Positions 39,591 through 51,436 are shown, numbered from the stretch's first letter. The stretch: 64,000 bases of DNA from Candidatus Binatia bacterium (GCA_038245295.1 JBBRSP010000001.1:160001-224000); one strand, 5' to 3'. Numbers and translations are program-made. Notes: generated by a model from the letters alone, not told the origin.

Positions 39591-41082
39591 TTGGGCAGCC
39601 GCGTAGATGCATCCAGCGGCGATCACTGGATTCGGCCAGCGGTTCGGTTGTGTCAGGAAGGTTAAGGCTTGTGGCGCTCTCAGCAGGCAGCGCCTCAGTG
39701 GCAGGCACGACCTTCACGTCGTAGTCGGCGCACAACACCAGCTTGTGCATTAGGCCGCTAGTGAAGACGAGACCGGTAACGCCTTCCTCGTGTACGTATA
39801 CCGTCTCGACGGGGCGCTCTCGTGTCGCCTCATAGGCGGTGTGCACCCAGCGCAAGGCGCTGAAACTGAAACTGCGCAGAAACGCGAACTCACCGGATGC
39901 CTCCACCCGCTCCAATCCGCCATTTAGTTGGACGGTAGCGAACCAGACGGCGAAACCGCCGGCGATCGCCAGATTGACCCAGGCACGCCGCCGACCGAGG
40001 GCGGAGAGAGCGATGGCAGCTCCGAGCCCAGGGATCGAAATGTAGTACGAGTAGCGGTGCAGGACCAAGGGAAGAACCGGTGCGACGCCGATGACGAACA
40101 TGCCCATCCCCAGCGCCAGGAGGCTGGGCGCGGACGATGGGTCGCCGCTCCAAACGCCCCACACCACAGCAACGGCGGCCGCCGCCAGGACCGCGATACC
40201 GAGATAAAGAGCCGCCGCATCACTCGGCAACATCTGGTAGAGCGGTCCAAACATGTAGGTCACGTAGTATCCGAGATTGGTGAGGATGACTTGCGGGTCG
40301 AGGGAAGTTGCATACTCCTTCGAGATGAACGCCTGTGCGAAGGGAGACGGAAAATCGTACCACAGGAAGAATCGCAGGTAGACGATTTTGGCGATCAGGT
40401 AGAACGCGGCGATGGCGATGAAGGGCAGCAACGCCCGCGTATCGACGGCACGCCGGTCGGCCGGTAGGGCGGTCAGGGATAGGAGTAACAGTGTGGCCGG
40501 TAGGGTTACGCCGTGTTCGCTCGAGCACAGTGCCAGGAAAAACCAGAAGAACGTCGTGACGGTGCGCCGTCGCGGCGGTCCCAGCCAGCGTAAGACGGCG
40601 GCGAAGTAGAAGGTCGCCGTAAGGACCGCCGTGGCCAACGAATTCCAACACGCGGCAATCGCGTGGCCGGGGGCGAGTCCGTACACCACCGAACAGAGGG
40701 CGGCGACCAGCGGCCGCTGTGTCAGGCGCTGGACGACGCCGAACACCAGCATCGAGTTGACGACGACGAGGCCGATCTGGACCATATGATAGTAGCGCGA
40801 ATCGTAGCCGAAGAGCTCGCGTAGCCCCCAGAAGTAGGCCACCATTGAAATCGGCCTGTAGAGCAAGAACCCGTTGTTCGGCTTGAAGAACTGCCAGAAG
40901 TCGAGCGGTGTATGGATGTCGAGTTTGCTGGCGCCGCCGATGGCCCAGAAGTCGTCGAAGTGAAAGAACAGATCGACACAGAAGCCATAAGCCCAATTGG
41001 CGTAGGTGACCTGCACGGCCAACGTGACAGCCGCCCACAAGATTACCGAGCGGCGCTCGGCGCGTTCGAGGGAGCCCATCAA
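39583..41082 (-). CDS. Multi-TM protein, GT-C glycosyltransferase-like
   Basis: FDDF after TM1, YRPIS, LCSSE motifs; about 11 TMs. Confidence 0.7.
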   Translation of the reverse strand: MMGSLERAERRSVILWAAVTLAVQVTYANWAYGFCVDLFFHFDDFWAIGGASKLDIHTPLDFWQFFKPNNGFLLYRPISMVAYFWGLRELFGYDSRYYHMVQIGLVVVNSMLVFGVVQRLTQRPLVAALCSVVYGLAPGHAIAACWNSLATAVLTATFYFAAVLRWLGPPRRRTVTTFFWFFLALCSSEHGVTLPATLLLLSLTALPADRRAVDTRALLPFIAIAAFYLIAKIVYLRFFLWYDFPSPFAQAFISKEYATSLDPQVILTNLGYYVTYMFGPLYQMLPSDAAALYLGIAVLAAAAVAVVWGVWSGDPSSAPSLLALGMGMFVIGVAPVLPLVLHRYSYYISIPGLGAAIALSALGRRRAWVNLAIAGGFAVWFATVQLNGGLERVEASGEFAFLRSFSFSALRWVHTAYEATRERPVETVYVHEEGVTGLVFTSGLMHKLVLCADYDVKVVPATEALPAESATSLNLPDTTEPLAESSDRRWMHLRGCPTK

Positions 41083-42101
41083 GGTTCGATGGAAACCTTG
41101 ATGGCGCCGCTCGTCTTGTCGGCTGCCGTGACAAACCCCTGCTGAATGTCGGCGAGGCCAAAGCGGTGTGTGATCAGGCTACGAAATGTCACGGGATCGC
41201 GCACCAGCAGGTCGAGGGCAATATCGAAGTCAGCCCGCGCTGCCGTTCGGCCGTAGACGATGGAGCCGATGAGACGGATCTCTTTGAGGACGAGCAAGAG
41301 CGGGTTGATCATCGGCACGCTGGAGAAGATGCCGAGGATGACGATGGTGCCGCCGCGCCGCACCAGTTGCGTCGCCTCGTTAAGGGTGTCGGCGGCGCCA
41401 CCGACGGTTTCGATCACGACATCGATGGCCGCGCTATCGGTTGCCGCTGATAGCTCGGCGTCGGCGTTGCTGCCGGTGAAGACGTGTGTTGCGCCAAGGC
41501 GTCGCGCTGCGGCTGCTTGTTGCGGGTGTCGTGCGGTGACCCATACTTCACCGGCTCCGGCGGCGCGTGCCGCGGTGATCGCTGTCAGGCCAATCGTGCC
41601 GGCGCCTTGCACCAGTACCCGGTCTCCCATTCGAATGCCGCCGAGGCGCGCCGCGTGAACGCTCACCGCCAGCGGCTCGGCCAGTGAGCCGAGCTCGACG
41701 TCGACGCCGCGCGGCAGCGCGAACAGGGCATAAGCGGGTGCAAGAGTATATTCGGCAAAGCCACCGTCGAGGGCGTTGCCGAGCACGCGCATCTGGCGAC
41801 AGAGTTGGTAGTTTCCGGTGCGGCAGAAGCCACACTCTCGGCACACGACGATGGGCTCGACGACAACCAGATCGCCCTCGTGCAGATCGGTGACGCCGTG
41901 TCCGACCTCGGCCACTTCGGCGCTGATCTCGTGGCCCGGACATACCGCAGGCGGCGGAAAGCCACCCTGGAAGAAGTGCAGATCGCTGCCGCATATGCCG
42001 CAACGTCGCACGCGGACGACAACGTTTCCTTCGCTGACGATCGGCCGCGCGACATCGCGCAACTCGATGGTCCGACTGCCAGTGCACAGTGCCGATTGCA
42101 T
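41079..42101 (-). CDS. Zinc-dependent alcohol/polyol dehydrogenase
   Basis: CGICGSD, GHE, CRECGFC..C structural Zn site, GAGTIG. Confidence 0.93.
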   Translation of the reverse strand: MQSALCTGSRTIELRDVARPIVSEGNVVVRVRRCGICGSDLHFFQGGFPPPAVCPGHEISAEVAEVGHGVTDLHEGDLVVVEPIVVCRECGFCRTGNYQLCRQMRVLGNALDGGFAEYTLAPAYALFALPRGVDVELGSLAEPLAVSVHAARLGGIRMGDRVLVQGAGTIGLTAITAARAAGAGEVWVTARHPQQAAAARRLGATHVFTGSNADAELSAATDSAAIDVVIETVGGAADTLNEATQLVRRGGTIVILGIFSSVPMINPLLLVLKEIRLIGSIVYGRTAARADFDIALDLLVRDPVTFRSLITHRFGLADIQQGFVTAADKTSGAIKVSIEP

Positions 42102-42152
42102 CGCCGAGTTATTGGCAAGACTCGGTCCCAAATGGAAGCACGCCGGCGCCGC

Positions 42153-43208
42153 TCAGCCGAGATTCGCCTCCCACCACACCTCGCTGCCGTGTGCGTGTGC
42201 ATGGCCCATCAAGACCTCTTCGCCGCCGGGCCACTGTCGCGCCGTGAGGCGTGGCTGAGTGTCCTTGCTGATCTCGAGCTGCAGCCAACCGAGCGGCGCA
42301 TCGTCACTGGCGCGTCCTCCCGCATCCTCGATGATCTGGGTGACCTGGTCGCGTTCCTCATGCGACATGTACCACCACATGATCGAGTGGAAGACGATCG
42401 TCCGGCAGCCGGGATGTGGCTCCTTGAGTTGCGACGCGAGCCAGGCAGGGGCCGTGGATTTGGTGATGGTGGGCGGATACTGCCGCGCCAGTTGCATGGC
42501 CGAACGTAGCGGCTGCAAACGTTCGAGTTGGTCCGGCCAGACGAAGGACTGTAAGCGCAGCGCCGTTTCGTTGTCGCTGACATCCAGAGGCGCGATGTCG
42601 CAGCCGGCGCGGCTGGCGACGTTTACTGTCGGGGCCAAGGATGGCGGCTCGCCGTGCCACTTGCAGCCGATTGTCACCGGCGAGGCCGGATTTCCCCACA
42701 GGTAGGCGCCGTCGCGCTCGTAGCGGTAACGGTCCCAGTTCTGATTCAGTCCGGCACTGCTGCCGATTTCGAGGAGACGCAAGGGCAAGGGAGCCTTGTC
42801 GGCGAGGTAGAGGAAACCGCCCAACAACGCGGCGCAACGGCTCACCTCATTTGTTTGTACCTGCTGCTGCAGCGCCTTGCGGATGTAGTCGAAATTGCCG
42901 GCGACAACGTCGCGGAAGGCTTCCCAGGCGGCCGGGAACTCTGGCCGGCCTCCAGTCGAGGGGTAGAAGCGCGCCAGTCCTGGTGCGTCACCTCGTAAGG
43001 CCAGGCGATGGACAGCTCCGGTCAAGCGCAGCACAACCGCATCGGGGACAGCCCGCCCAACCCAACCGTCGAGCACCTGGGCGATGATGCCGCCGGCCGC
43101 GAGATCGTCCCCGCAACGGGCCAGAATCTCAGCGTAGATCGGTGATCCCATTTGATGGCAGAACCCCGCCTGGAGTTGGAACGCCTCAGCCAGTCCGTCG
43201 GCAAGCAT
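42153..43208 (-). CDS. DUF2332 family protein
   Basis: QTNEVSR, LEIGSSAGLN, HAHG motifs. Confidence 0.88.
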   Translation of the reverse strand: MLADGLAEAFQLQAGFCHQMGSPIYAEILARCGDDLAAGGIIAQVLDGWVGRAVPDAVVLRLTGAVHRLALRGDAPGLARFYPSTGGRPEFPAAWEAFRDVVAGNFDYIRKALQQQVQTNEVSRCAALLGGFLYLADKAPLPLRLLEIGSSAGLNQNWDRYRYERDGAYLWGNPASPVTIGCKWHGEPPSLAPTVNVASRAGCDIAPLDVSDNETALRLQSFVWPDQLERLQPLRSAMQLARQYPPTITKSTAPAWLASQLKEPHPGCRTIVFHSIMWWYMSHEERDQVTQIIEDAGGRASDDAPLGWLQLEISKDTQPRLTARQWPGGEEVLMGHAHAHGSEVWWEANLG

Positions 43209-43324
43209 GGGAAACAATCTGCCACCTCCCATCGGGGCAGCACAAGTACGGGTCGGAGCGCGTCGCGCCGCGGCGTCGCACGCCTCGGTTCTCGAACCGC
43301 CTTCACCGTGCTAGCCGGACGCGT

Positions 43325-44347
43325 ATGGCGACCTCACCGATTCGCAGAGTGAATGCCTCTGAAATCGCCGCGTGGCGGGCTCGGATGCCAGCCGAGGCGG
43401 CGGCGCTGACGCGTCAGCTCGACTGGCTCGATTCACTCGACAGCGGGCCGCTTCTGCCAGCCGCGCCGCCAGCGTCGAGTCTTCGCGTTGCCGCCTTCAA
43501 CGTCGAACGCGGCAGTCGCTACGGTGGCATCCTTTCCTTGCTGCGCACGCACGCGGCGCTGCGTGATGTCGACGTCGTGCTGCTGAACGAGGTCGACTGG
43601 GGCATGGCGCGCTCGGCCAATCGCCACGTGGCGCGCGATCTCGCGGCGGAGCTTGGCATGCACTACGTCTTCGGTATCGAGTTCCTTGAGCTCACCAAGG
43701 GTGAACACCGTGAGCTCGACGCGCCGGGTGACAACACATGGAGTCTGCACGGCAACGCCATCCTCAGCCGCTTAGAGCTGCGTCAGGCGCGTCTGCTGCG
43801 GCTGCCGCTGCACTGCAGTTGGGCCGCAGGCTCGCAGATGCGTCTTGGCGGCCGCATGGCTCTATTGGCGGAGGTTGCCCTCGGCTCGGGCACCGTGACG
43901 CTGGCGACAGTCCACCTCGAGAATCGTACTTCACCGGCCGGGCGCTGTGCCCAGCTCACGGCGCTGCTTGATGAGTTGGGAGCGCACTCGTACGCCATCC
44001 TCGGCGGCGATCTCAACTCGGCGACCGTTGACGCGGGCAAGGACGAAGAGCTGTTCTCTGTCGGCGATCTGCTGGCCGCTGAGCCACTGCGATTCCGCCG
44101 GCCGCAGGCATACGAACCCCTTTTCGAGGCGGCGCGTTCGGCAGGCTTCGATGTCGACGCCGCCAACCCGCCCGACGTTGCGACCAGCATTCCCATGGGA
44201 ATTCCCGATCCGACTTACTGGCTCAAGCTCGATTGGCTGTTCAGTCGCGGCCTGGCAATGACGAGACCACAGGTTGTGCCCGCCGTGCAGGATGGCGAAC
44301 GCGTCTCGGATCACGACTGCGTCGTAGCGACGTTTTACCTACCTTGA
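43325..44347 (+). CDS. Endonuclease/exonuclease/phosphatase-family protein
   Basis: FNVERG, LNEVD, GNAILSR, HLE, GGDLN, LDW, SDHD motifs. Confidence 0.9.
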   Translation: MATSPIRRVNASEIAAWRARMPAEAAALTRQLDWLDSLDSGPLLPAAPPASSLRVAAFNVERGSRYGGILSLLRTHAALRDVDVVLLNEVDWGMARSANRHVARDLAAELGMHYVFGIEFLELTKGEHRELDAPGDNTWSLHGNAILSRLELRQARLLRLPLHCSWAAGSQMRLGGRMALLAEVALGSGTVTLATVHLENRTSPAGRCAQLTALLDELGAHSYAILGGDLNSATVDAGKDEELFSVGDLLAAEPLRFRRPQAYEPLFEAARSAGFDVDAANPPDVATSIPMGIPDPTYWLKLDWLFSRGLAMTRPQVVPAVQDGERVSDHDCVVATFYLP

Positions 44348-44498
44348 GTTGGCCCTCGGCACGACGCTCACTGGATTCGTCGTCGCATGGCGCGTAGAGA
44401 GGGGTAGAGGACAAATTGCATATGGTACGAAGAGCACGACGCGGGCCTTGCTCGCAATCCACCGCAAGCACGCAATTCGCGGAGCGCACGGGACGGGT

Positions 44499-44624
44499 AT
44501 TGCCACAGATGAATGGGATGAACACAGATGGTTTGCCGTTTGCCAACAGCTAGCTAGGGGCCGCGATGCAGGCCGCAGGCCTGCATCGCGGCATCTGTGT
44601 TCATCTGCGTTCATCCGTGGCAAT
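44499..44624. repeat. Nested inverted-repeat element (CACAGATGAAC-type arms around a perfect 15-bp hairpin)
   Basis: Arms at 44499-44530 and 44592-44624; inner gccgcgatgcaggcc-gca-ggcctgcatcgcggc. Confidence 0.8.
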
Positions 44625-44690
44625 GAAACCGCACGGTGGTTTCATTCGCGCTAGATCATCGCACGCCGCGACGAATTCGAACGTAAGTAA

Positions 44691-45134
44691 TACAAAGTAC
44701 GGATTCCTGCGGCGTAGGAAGCTCTTCCCGGCCGCGTGCAGCGCATGGCGGTACCACCGCGCCATTACGTGCTGGGAACAACTCTCGAGCCGCCTTTCCC
44801 TGAGGCGATGCAACGGGCTATTTTCGGTCTCGGTTGTTTTTGGGGGGCCGAGAAAAGGTGCTGGTCGGTTTCCGGTGTCTACACCACCGCCGTCGGTTAC
44901 TCCGCCGGCATCGCACCCAATCCGCTCTGCGAAGAAGTATGCTCCGGCTATACCGGACACTCCGAAGTGAGACTGGTTGTATTCGATCCGGCCCTCTGCT
45001 CCTACGAGAGCCTCCTGCAGATCTTTTGGGAGAGCCACGATCCGACGCATGGCATGCGCCAGGGGAACGACGCGGGCACGCAGTACCGCTCGGGCATCTA
45101 CTACGCGGACGAGAGCCAACACCAATCAGCCTGA
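44691..45134 (+). pseudogene. msrA: Peptide methionine sulfoxide reductase A pseudogene
   Basis: [25 protein letters not shown] motifs; in-frame TAG at 44715; C-terminus missing. Confidence 0.85.
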
Positions 45135-45209
45135 GCCCGTCGAAGCCGGCCCCGCAAGTGTTGGGACACCCTGTCTAGCCTGCGGAGCGCCCGCGGAGCC
45201 ATCGTGAAT

Positions 45210-46655
45210 TTACGATGACGGCGCACTTGCTTCGGTAGACGTTTCGGTCGCCGGGGATGCCGCCAGAAGTGCTTTCAGCTTCGCGTTACTCTTGGCCGTC
45301 TCGCTCAGGCGACTGGTGTCGAGGCTGCTGCGGAGAGTGCTCAGGTCACCGTGCAGCAGGAGCGGGAGGACGATTTCACCGCTAGGTGTCCGCAAATCTC
45401 CGAGCGCCGACTCGGCGGCGACCAGGTCGGCGGAAAGCGCCGCAGAGAGGGTGATCTGCGCCGTACCCAAATCGCCTGAATCTCCGGATTTCCGCAGTTG
45501 AGCGTTGATCTGGTATTCGCCGGCGACGATCGACAAATCGGCGCTCTGGGTCGGTACTGTACTGGTTATGTCGGCGTGGCCTCGCTTGATGCTCGTAGAC
45601 TGTCGACTGAGTTCCTCGTGCTTGGCGCGGACCGAGAGGGGGAACCATTGCTTGAGATCCAGGCTGCCCGGCCGCTCCGGCATCAACTGCGCGAGGATGT
45701 TTATGTCGCGTAGCGAAACGTCGGTGACGTCGAGTGTTCCGGTGCCGACAAGCCCGTCGGAGATCTTTGCATCGACGGTCAGGCTGGCATTGCCGCGCGC
45801 CGCATCCGCCGCATCCGTCGTGATACCGGCCTGGAACTGAGCGATCTGTAGGCCGTCAGCATGTCCCTTGATGTGGAGGGCCGGAGCCCCTTTCTCGTTG
45901 CGGTCGACGTCGGCTGCCAGCTCGAAGCGCCCGCCGAAGATACGTCCCGCAAATCGCTGGACTTCGAATGCCGTTGCCCCGGCGAAGGTCGCCTCGATCT
46001 CCGCATCATTGATGGCGGCGCGCTCCAGGGCTTGGATGTTGCCCTTGCCCTTTAAGTGAATACCCTTGGATCCGATGTCGGCGGTGCCGGAGAGAGCCAG
46101 GTTTGGCGTGGTGCTGTTCACGCCGCCGTGGAATTTGAATTGTCGCTCGGTGCTGCTGGCGCCAGGGCTCAGATCGAGGTCGACGGCGCGCAGATCGGCG
46201 GACACGACCGGATCGGTTGTCACGTCGCGGAAGCGAACGTCGGCGCGCTCGACATGCACGCGCTCGGGCAGCACGGCTAGGGCTCCCAGCGGGACGGCAG
46301 TGGTCGCTTCCCCCAATCGCAAGCCCGACGCCGAGCGCGTGAGGGTCAGATGCGGCGCGATGAGATCGAGCTGGGTGGCCTGTGTCTTGGCATTCCACGT
46401 GGCGGAGTAGGGGATATGAATTCGCACCAACTCGACCGCCAATGCCGGCTCGGCGCCGGCGGCCGTGCTGCGCAAGTCGCGTAGCTCGACGGAGGAACCA
46501 CTGCCCTCGACCGACGCCGCGGTGACCTCTACTCCCAGCGCTTGTCCGAGCGCGCTGAGCAGTTCTTCCCGACTGATCGGCAAAGCCCTTTGCGTCGCCA
46601 GCCAGGCAGCAATAACGACGACGAGCAGCCCCACGGCGATGATGATCTTGCGCAT
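45210..46655 (-). CDS. AsmA-like periplasmic beta-taco protein
   Basis: N-terminal TM; amphipathic beta-strand pattern; C-terminal LPLLLHGDL. Confidence 0.65.
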   Translation of the reverse strand: MRKIIIAVGLLVVVIAAWLATQRALPISREELLSALGQALGVEVTAASVEGSGSSVELRDLRSTAAGAEPALAVELVRIHIPYSATWNAKTQATQLDLIAPHLTLTRSASGLRLGEATTAVPLGALAVLPERVHVERADVRFRDVTTDPVVSADLRAVDLDLSPGASSTERQFKFHGGVNSTTPNLALSGTADIGSKGIHLKGKGNIQALERAAINDAEIEATFAGATAFEVQRFAGRIFGGRFELAADVDRNEKGAPALHIKGHADGLQIAQFQAGITTDAADAARGNASLTVDAKISDGLVGTGTLDVTDVSLRDINILAQLMPERPGSLDLKQWFPLSVRAKHEELSRQSTSIKRGHADITSTVPTQSADLSIVAGEYQINAQLRKSGDSGDLGTAQITLSAALSADLVAAESALGDLRTPSGEIVLPLLLHGDLSTLRSSLDTSRLSETAKSNAKLKALLAASPATETSTEASAPSS

Positions 46656-46745
46656 GTATTTTTCTCCAAACCGTCGCATCGTGCCCGACTAATCTTTTGA
46701 CTGCAATCGTGGCGAGCAGCTACAACCCGCCGCCGGAGGATTCTC

Positions 46746-47546
46746 ATGGCGTACGAACACATCCGAGTCGACCGCGACGGCGGCATTATTACGATTACCC
46801 TCAACCGGCCGGAGACGCGTAACTCCATGACCCCAGCCATGGGCGAGGAGCTTGTGCGCGCGGTCGACGAGATCAAAGGTGATGCCGGCGCCCGCGTGTG
46901 CGTCGTCACGGGCAGCGGCAAATCGTTCAGTTCGGGTGGCGATCTCGCGATGCTGGCCCGTGATACGGGTTTGAAGACCGACGGCGACGCTCCGAGCATG
47001 CAAGGCTCGCCGCGCGATTTTTACCGGCGCTACCTGGCGGTACGAGATATTCCTGTACCGACAATCGCCGCGATCAACGGTCACGCCATCGGCGCCGGCC
47101 TCTGTTTCGCCCTCGGTTGCGACATGCGGATTGCGGCGGACGACGCCCGCATGGGCATGACCTTCACCAAGCTGGCGATCCATCCAGGTATGGGAGCGAC
47201 ATTCTTGCTGCCCCGCCTGATTGGTACCGCCAAGGCTTGTGAGTTGTTCTTCACCGGCCGCGTCTTCGATGCGGCGGAAGCGGAGCGCCTCGGAATCGTC
47301 AATCGCGCCGTGCCGCGCGCCGAGTTCGCCGCCGCCGTACACAGCCTCGCGGAGGAAATAGCCGCCGCCGGGCCGGTGGCCAATCGCATGATGAAGCGGT
47401 CCATCTATCGAGGCGTATCGCATTCGCTGGACGAAATGCTCGAGTTCGAGTCGCTGCAGCAAGGCATCACGTTCACCACGGCCGACGCGCGTGAGGGTGT
47501 CGCCGCCATCATGGAGAAACGCGAGCCGCGCTTCTCCGGGAAATAG
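46746..47546 (+). CDS. Enoyl-CoA hydratase/isomerase family protein
   Basis: LNRPE, FSSGGDL, IAAINGHAIGAG, EKREPRFSG motifs. Confidence 0.93.
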   Translation: MAYEHIRVDRDGGIITITLNRPETRNSMTPAMGEELVRAVDEIKGDAGARVCVVTGSGKSFSSGGDLAMLARDTGLKTDGDAPSMQGSPRDFYRRYLAVRDIPVPTIAAINGHAIGAGLCFALGCDMRIAADDARMGMTFTKLAIHPGMGATFLLPRLIGTAKACELFFTGRVFDAAEAERLGIVNRAVPRAEFAAAVHSLAEEIAAAGPVANRMMKRSIYRGVSHSLDEMLEFESLQQGITFTTADAREGVAAIMEKREPRFSGK

Positions 47547-47549
47547 GCG

Positions 47550-47638
47550 CATTTGGCCATCTGGCCATCTGGCAACTCGGCCATGTCGTCATTTTGGGAG
47601 GACAATTCGACGCGGGCCAAATGGCAAATGGCCAAATG
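47550..47638. repeat. Inverted repeat of TGGCCATC/AATGGCCA octamers between convergent genes
   Basis: catttggccatctggcc pairs with ggcaaatggccaaatg. Confidence 0.65.
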
Positions 47639-47641
47639 TTG

Positions 47642-48046
47642 TCATTCCGTCTCTTCGAAGTTCGACACTTTCCAGTCGTTGTCGATCTTACGTGTGGTGA
47701 TGATCCATTTGCGACGGAACTGATCCGAGTCGGGAACGCTGATCGTCCCCTCAAACAGGAAGGTGGTCGTATCGGGTCCCTCGTGTTCTTCGAGGAGACG
47801 ATATTTTACGCTCGGCTTGCGGGTTGTGTCGTCGATCGTCTGTCCTTCGGTGAGACTTTGCTCTTTGGCCAGCTTGTTTAGCGCCGGACCAGCACAAAAT
47901 GGCTTGGCTCCGGCAAGGTTGATTTGGACGTAGTGCTGGTCGACGAAGCGATCGGCAACGCCGCGTGCGCTCTCTTCGTTGAAACGGCAACCACTCCAGA
48001 TAAGCAGGCAGGCGAACACGGTGATACAAGCGCGGGTTGGAGTCAT
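47642..48046 (-). CDS. Putative lipoprotein (NTF2-like)
   Basis: Signal peptide with WSGC lipobox; C-terminal WKVSNF. Confidence 0.7.
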   Translation of the reverse strand: MTPTRACITVFACLLIWSGCRFNEESARGVADRFVDQHYVQINLAGAKPFCAGPALNKLAKEQSLTEGQTIDDTTRKPSVKYRLLEEHEGPDTTTFLFEGTISVPDSDQFRRKWIITTRKIDNDWKVSNFEETE

Positions 48047-48339
48047 GGAGCCTTCTTTTTTCCGAAAAGTACGTCGAGCTTGGCCTTGGCGGCACTGGCG
48101 ACATCGTTGTTGCTGCGGCGTCCAAGACGAAATTCGAAGTACTCGCAAAAGTTGCCGATCGTCTTGTCGACTTGACGTTCGGCCTGGGGTTCGAGGCACT
48201 GGTTCTCTTGTGTGGCATCCTGGAAGCGACAATTGAGGCAACAGTGCAAGTCCGCACCGCAGCTCCAGCAAGTGTCGCGTCGGCCGACCCGTTCCATGGG
48301 GCCGATCTCCTTGCCGCAGTGGTGGCAGTGCCGATCCAT
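48043..48339 (-). CDS. Cys-rich small metal-binding protein
   Basis: CHHC, CWSC, CCLNC, NFCEYF motifs. Confidence 0.8.
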   Translation of the reverse strand: MDRHCHHCGKEIGPMERVGRRDTCWSCGADLHCCLNCRFQDATQENQCLEPQAERQVDKTIGNFCEYFEFRLGRRSNNDVASAAKAKLDVLFGKKKAP

Positions 48340-48499
48340 CGGTTAACCAGAGATCCTCGTCACTTCGGTGAAAGCCGAGATCTCGCCGGCCGACTGGGGA
48401 AAAAGATTCATAACGATCTGCATCGGGATTCTTGACGATGTGGGTCGGTTGATAGCATATGCGCCGCGGCGACTCCTAGCGGGCGGGGTATTTACGACG

Positions 48500-49411
48500 A
48501 TGACGCACCTGATTGACGAATATGAGCGTTCGCTTCGTGCGGAAGAAAATGCTTCTGTCCACACGTTGCGCAACTACGTAAGCGATCTGCGACAACTCGA
48601 TGCGTTTCTGCGCGAGCGTGGTCTGGTCACCGCCGACACGCCGCCGCGGGTGGCGGTCGAGCGTGTCGATCAGATGGCCGTGCGAGCGTTTGTGGCGCAC
48701 CTGATGCAACGTAATCGCAAGAGTTCGGTCGGCCGCAAATTGTCGGCGACCAAAGGATTCTTTCGGTTTCTCTTGCGCCGTGGCCTGGTGCAAAGCGATC
48801 CGACCGTCGGCATCGCGACACCGAAGAAGGAACAACAGTTGCCGGTACACCTCACGGTCGACGACATGTTCCGTCTACTCGATGCCCCACCGGTCGACTC
48901 GGCCGCCGGGGTGCGCGATCGCGCCATCCTGGAGACTCTGTACTCGTGTGGCTTGCGCGTCAGCGAGCTCATCGGTCTCAACTGGGAGGATGTCGACGAA
49001 GGTCTCGAGCTCGTTCGTGTGCGCGGTAAGGGCGACAAGGAACGACTGGTTCCGGTTGGCCGTAAAGCCCTCGCGGCGCTCACCAGCTACCGAGCCCTGA
49101 TTCCGCAACTCTGTGCCCGCTCGCTGGTCGATGAGCGGGCGGTGTTCCTGAATCGTCAAGGGCGTCGACTGACGACCCGCAGTGTGGCGCGCATCGTCGA
49201 GTACTACGTCAAGGCGACGGGTATCCCTGTCAAGGCGAGCCCGCATGCCTTGCGCCACAGCTTCGCGACACACCTGCTGAACGCCGGGGCGGATTTGCGC
49301 GCTATCCAGGAGCTCCTCGGGCACGCCAGCCTGTCGACGACGCAGCGCTATACACACCTGAATCTCGATCAATTGATGACGGTGTACGACAAAGCCCACC
49401 CGCGAGCCTGA
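48500..49411 (+). CDS. xerC: Tyrosine recombinase XerC
   Basis: GLRVSEL, GKGDKER, HALRHSFATHLL, LLGH, TTQRYTH; position upstream of hslV. Confidence 0.92.
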   Translation: MTHLIDEYERSLRAEENASVHTLRNYVSDLRQLDAFLRERGLVTADTPPRVAVERVDQMAVRAFVAHLMQRNRKSSVGRKLSATKGFFRFLLRRGLVQSDPTVGIATPKKEQQLPVHLTVDDMFRLLDAPPVDSAAGVRDRAILETLYSCGLRVSELIGLNWEDVDEGLELVRVRGKGDKERLVPVGRKALAALTSYRALIPQLCARSLVDERAVFLNRQGRRLTTRSVARIVEYYVKATGIPVKASPHALRHSFATHLLNAGADLRAIQELLGHASLSTTQRYTHLNLDQLMTVYDKAHPRA

Positions 49412-49414
49412 GTG

Positions 49415-49948
49415 ATGCAGCAGTTTCACTCGACCACCATTCTGGCGCTGCGGCATCAGGGCAAAGTCGTCGTCGCCGGGGACGGGCAGGTCAGTCTCGG
49501 CCAAACCGTCATGAAGCGCAGCGCGCGCAAGGTCCGGCGTGTCTTTCACGACCGGGTCGTGGTCGGCTTTGCCGGCTCCGCCGCCGACGGCTTCACCCTG
49601 TTCGAGAAGTTCGAGCACCAGCTGGAACAACACGCCGGCAATTTGCGCCGTGCCGCCGTCGAGCTCGGCAAAGAATGGCGCAGCGATCGCGTGTTGCGCC
49701 GCCTCGAAGCGCTGCTGATCGCCGCCGACGCCGATGCCATGCTCGTGCTTTCGGGAAGCGGCGATATCATCGAGCCCGACGAACCGGTCGCCGCCATCGG
49801 CTCCGGCGGCAACTACGCCCTGTCCGCCGCCCGCGCCCTCATGCGCCATAGCTCGCTCAGCGCCCGCCAGATCGCCGAGGAGTCGATGCGCATCGCCTCG
49901 GAGATCTGCATCTACACGAACGACGTCTTGACCATCGAAGAGCTGTAG
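49415..49948 (+). CDS. hslV: ATP-dependent protease peptidase subunit HslV
   Basis: [24 protein letters not shown] motifs. Confidence 0.97.
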   Translation: MQQFHSTTILALRHQGKVVVAGDGQVSLGQTVMKRSARKVRRVFHDRVVVGFAGSAADGFTLFEKFEHQLEQHAGNLRRAAVELGKEWRSDRVLRRLEALLIAADADAMLVLSGSGDIIEPDEPVAAIGSGGNYALSAARALMRHSSLSARQIAEESMRIASEICIYTNDVLTIEEL

Positions 49949-49976
49949 GCATTCGACTCGGGTCTCTCAATCAGGG

Positions 49977-50033
49977 TTACGCAAAGATGCAGGGAAGTTG
50001 TCTCTCTCTTTGCGACTCTGCGTCTCGGCGTGA
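49977..50033. repeat. REP-like palindrome, same family as 8681 and 21439
   Basis: ttacgcaaagatgcaggg pairs imperfectly with ctctgcgtctcggcgtga. Confidence 0.55.
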
Positions 50034-50105
50034 GATGCAGAGATCCGTTGGCAAGCGAACGGGGATGTCGATTTCACTAACCGAACTCGCTACTAGAAAC
50101 CGCCC

Positions 50106-51434
<1,329 letters not shown>

Positions 51435-51436
51435 CG

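Noticed and set aside
48500..49411. Tyrosine recombinase as a prophage or island integrase
   Set aside because: XerC-like length and motifs, housekeeping hslVU context, and no att site, tRNA or phage genes
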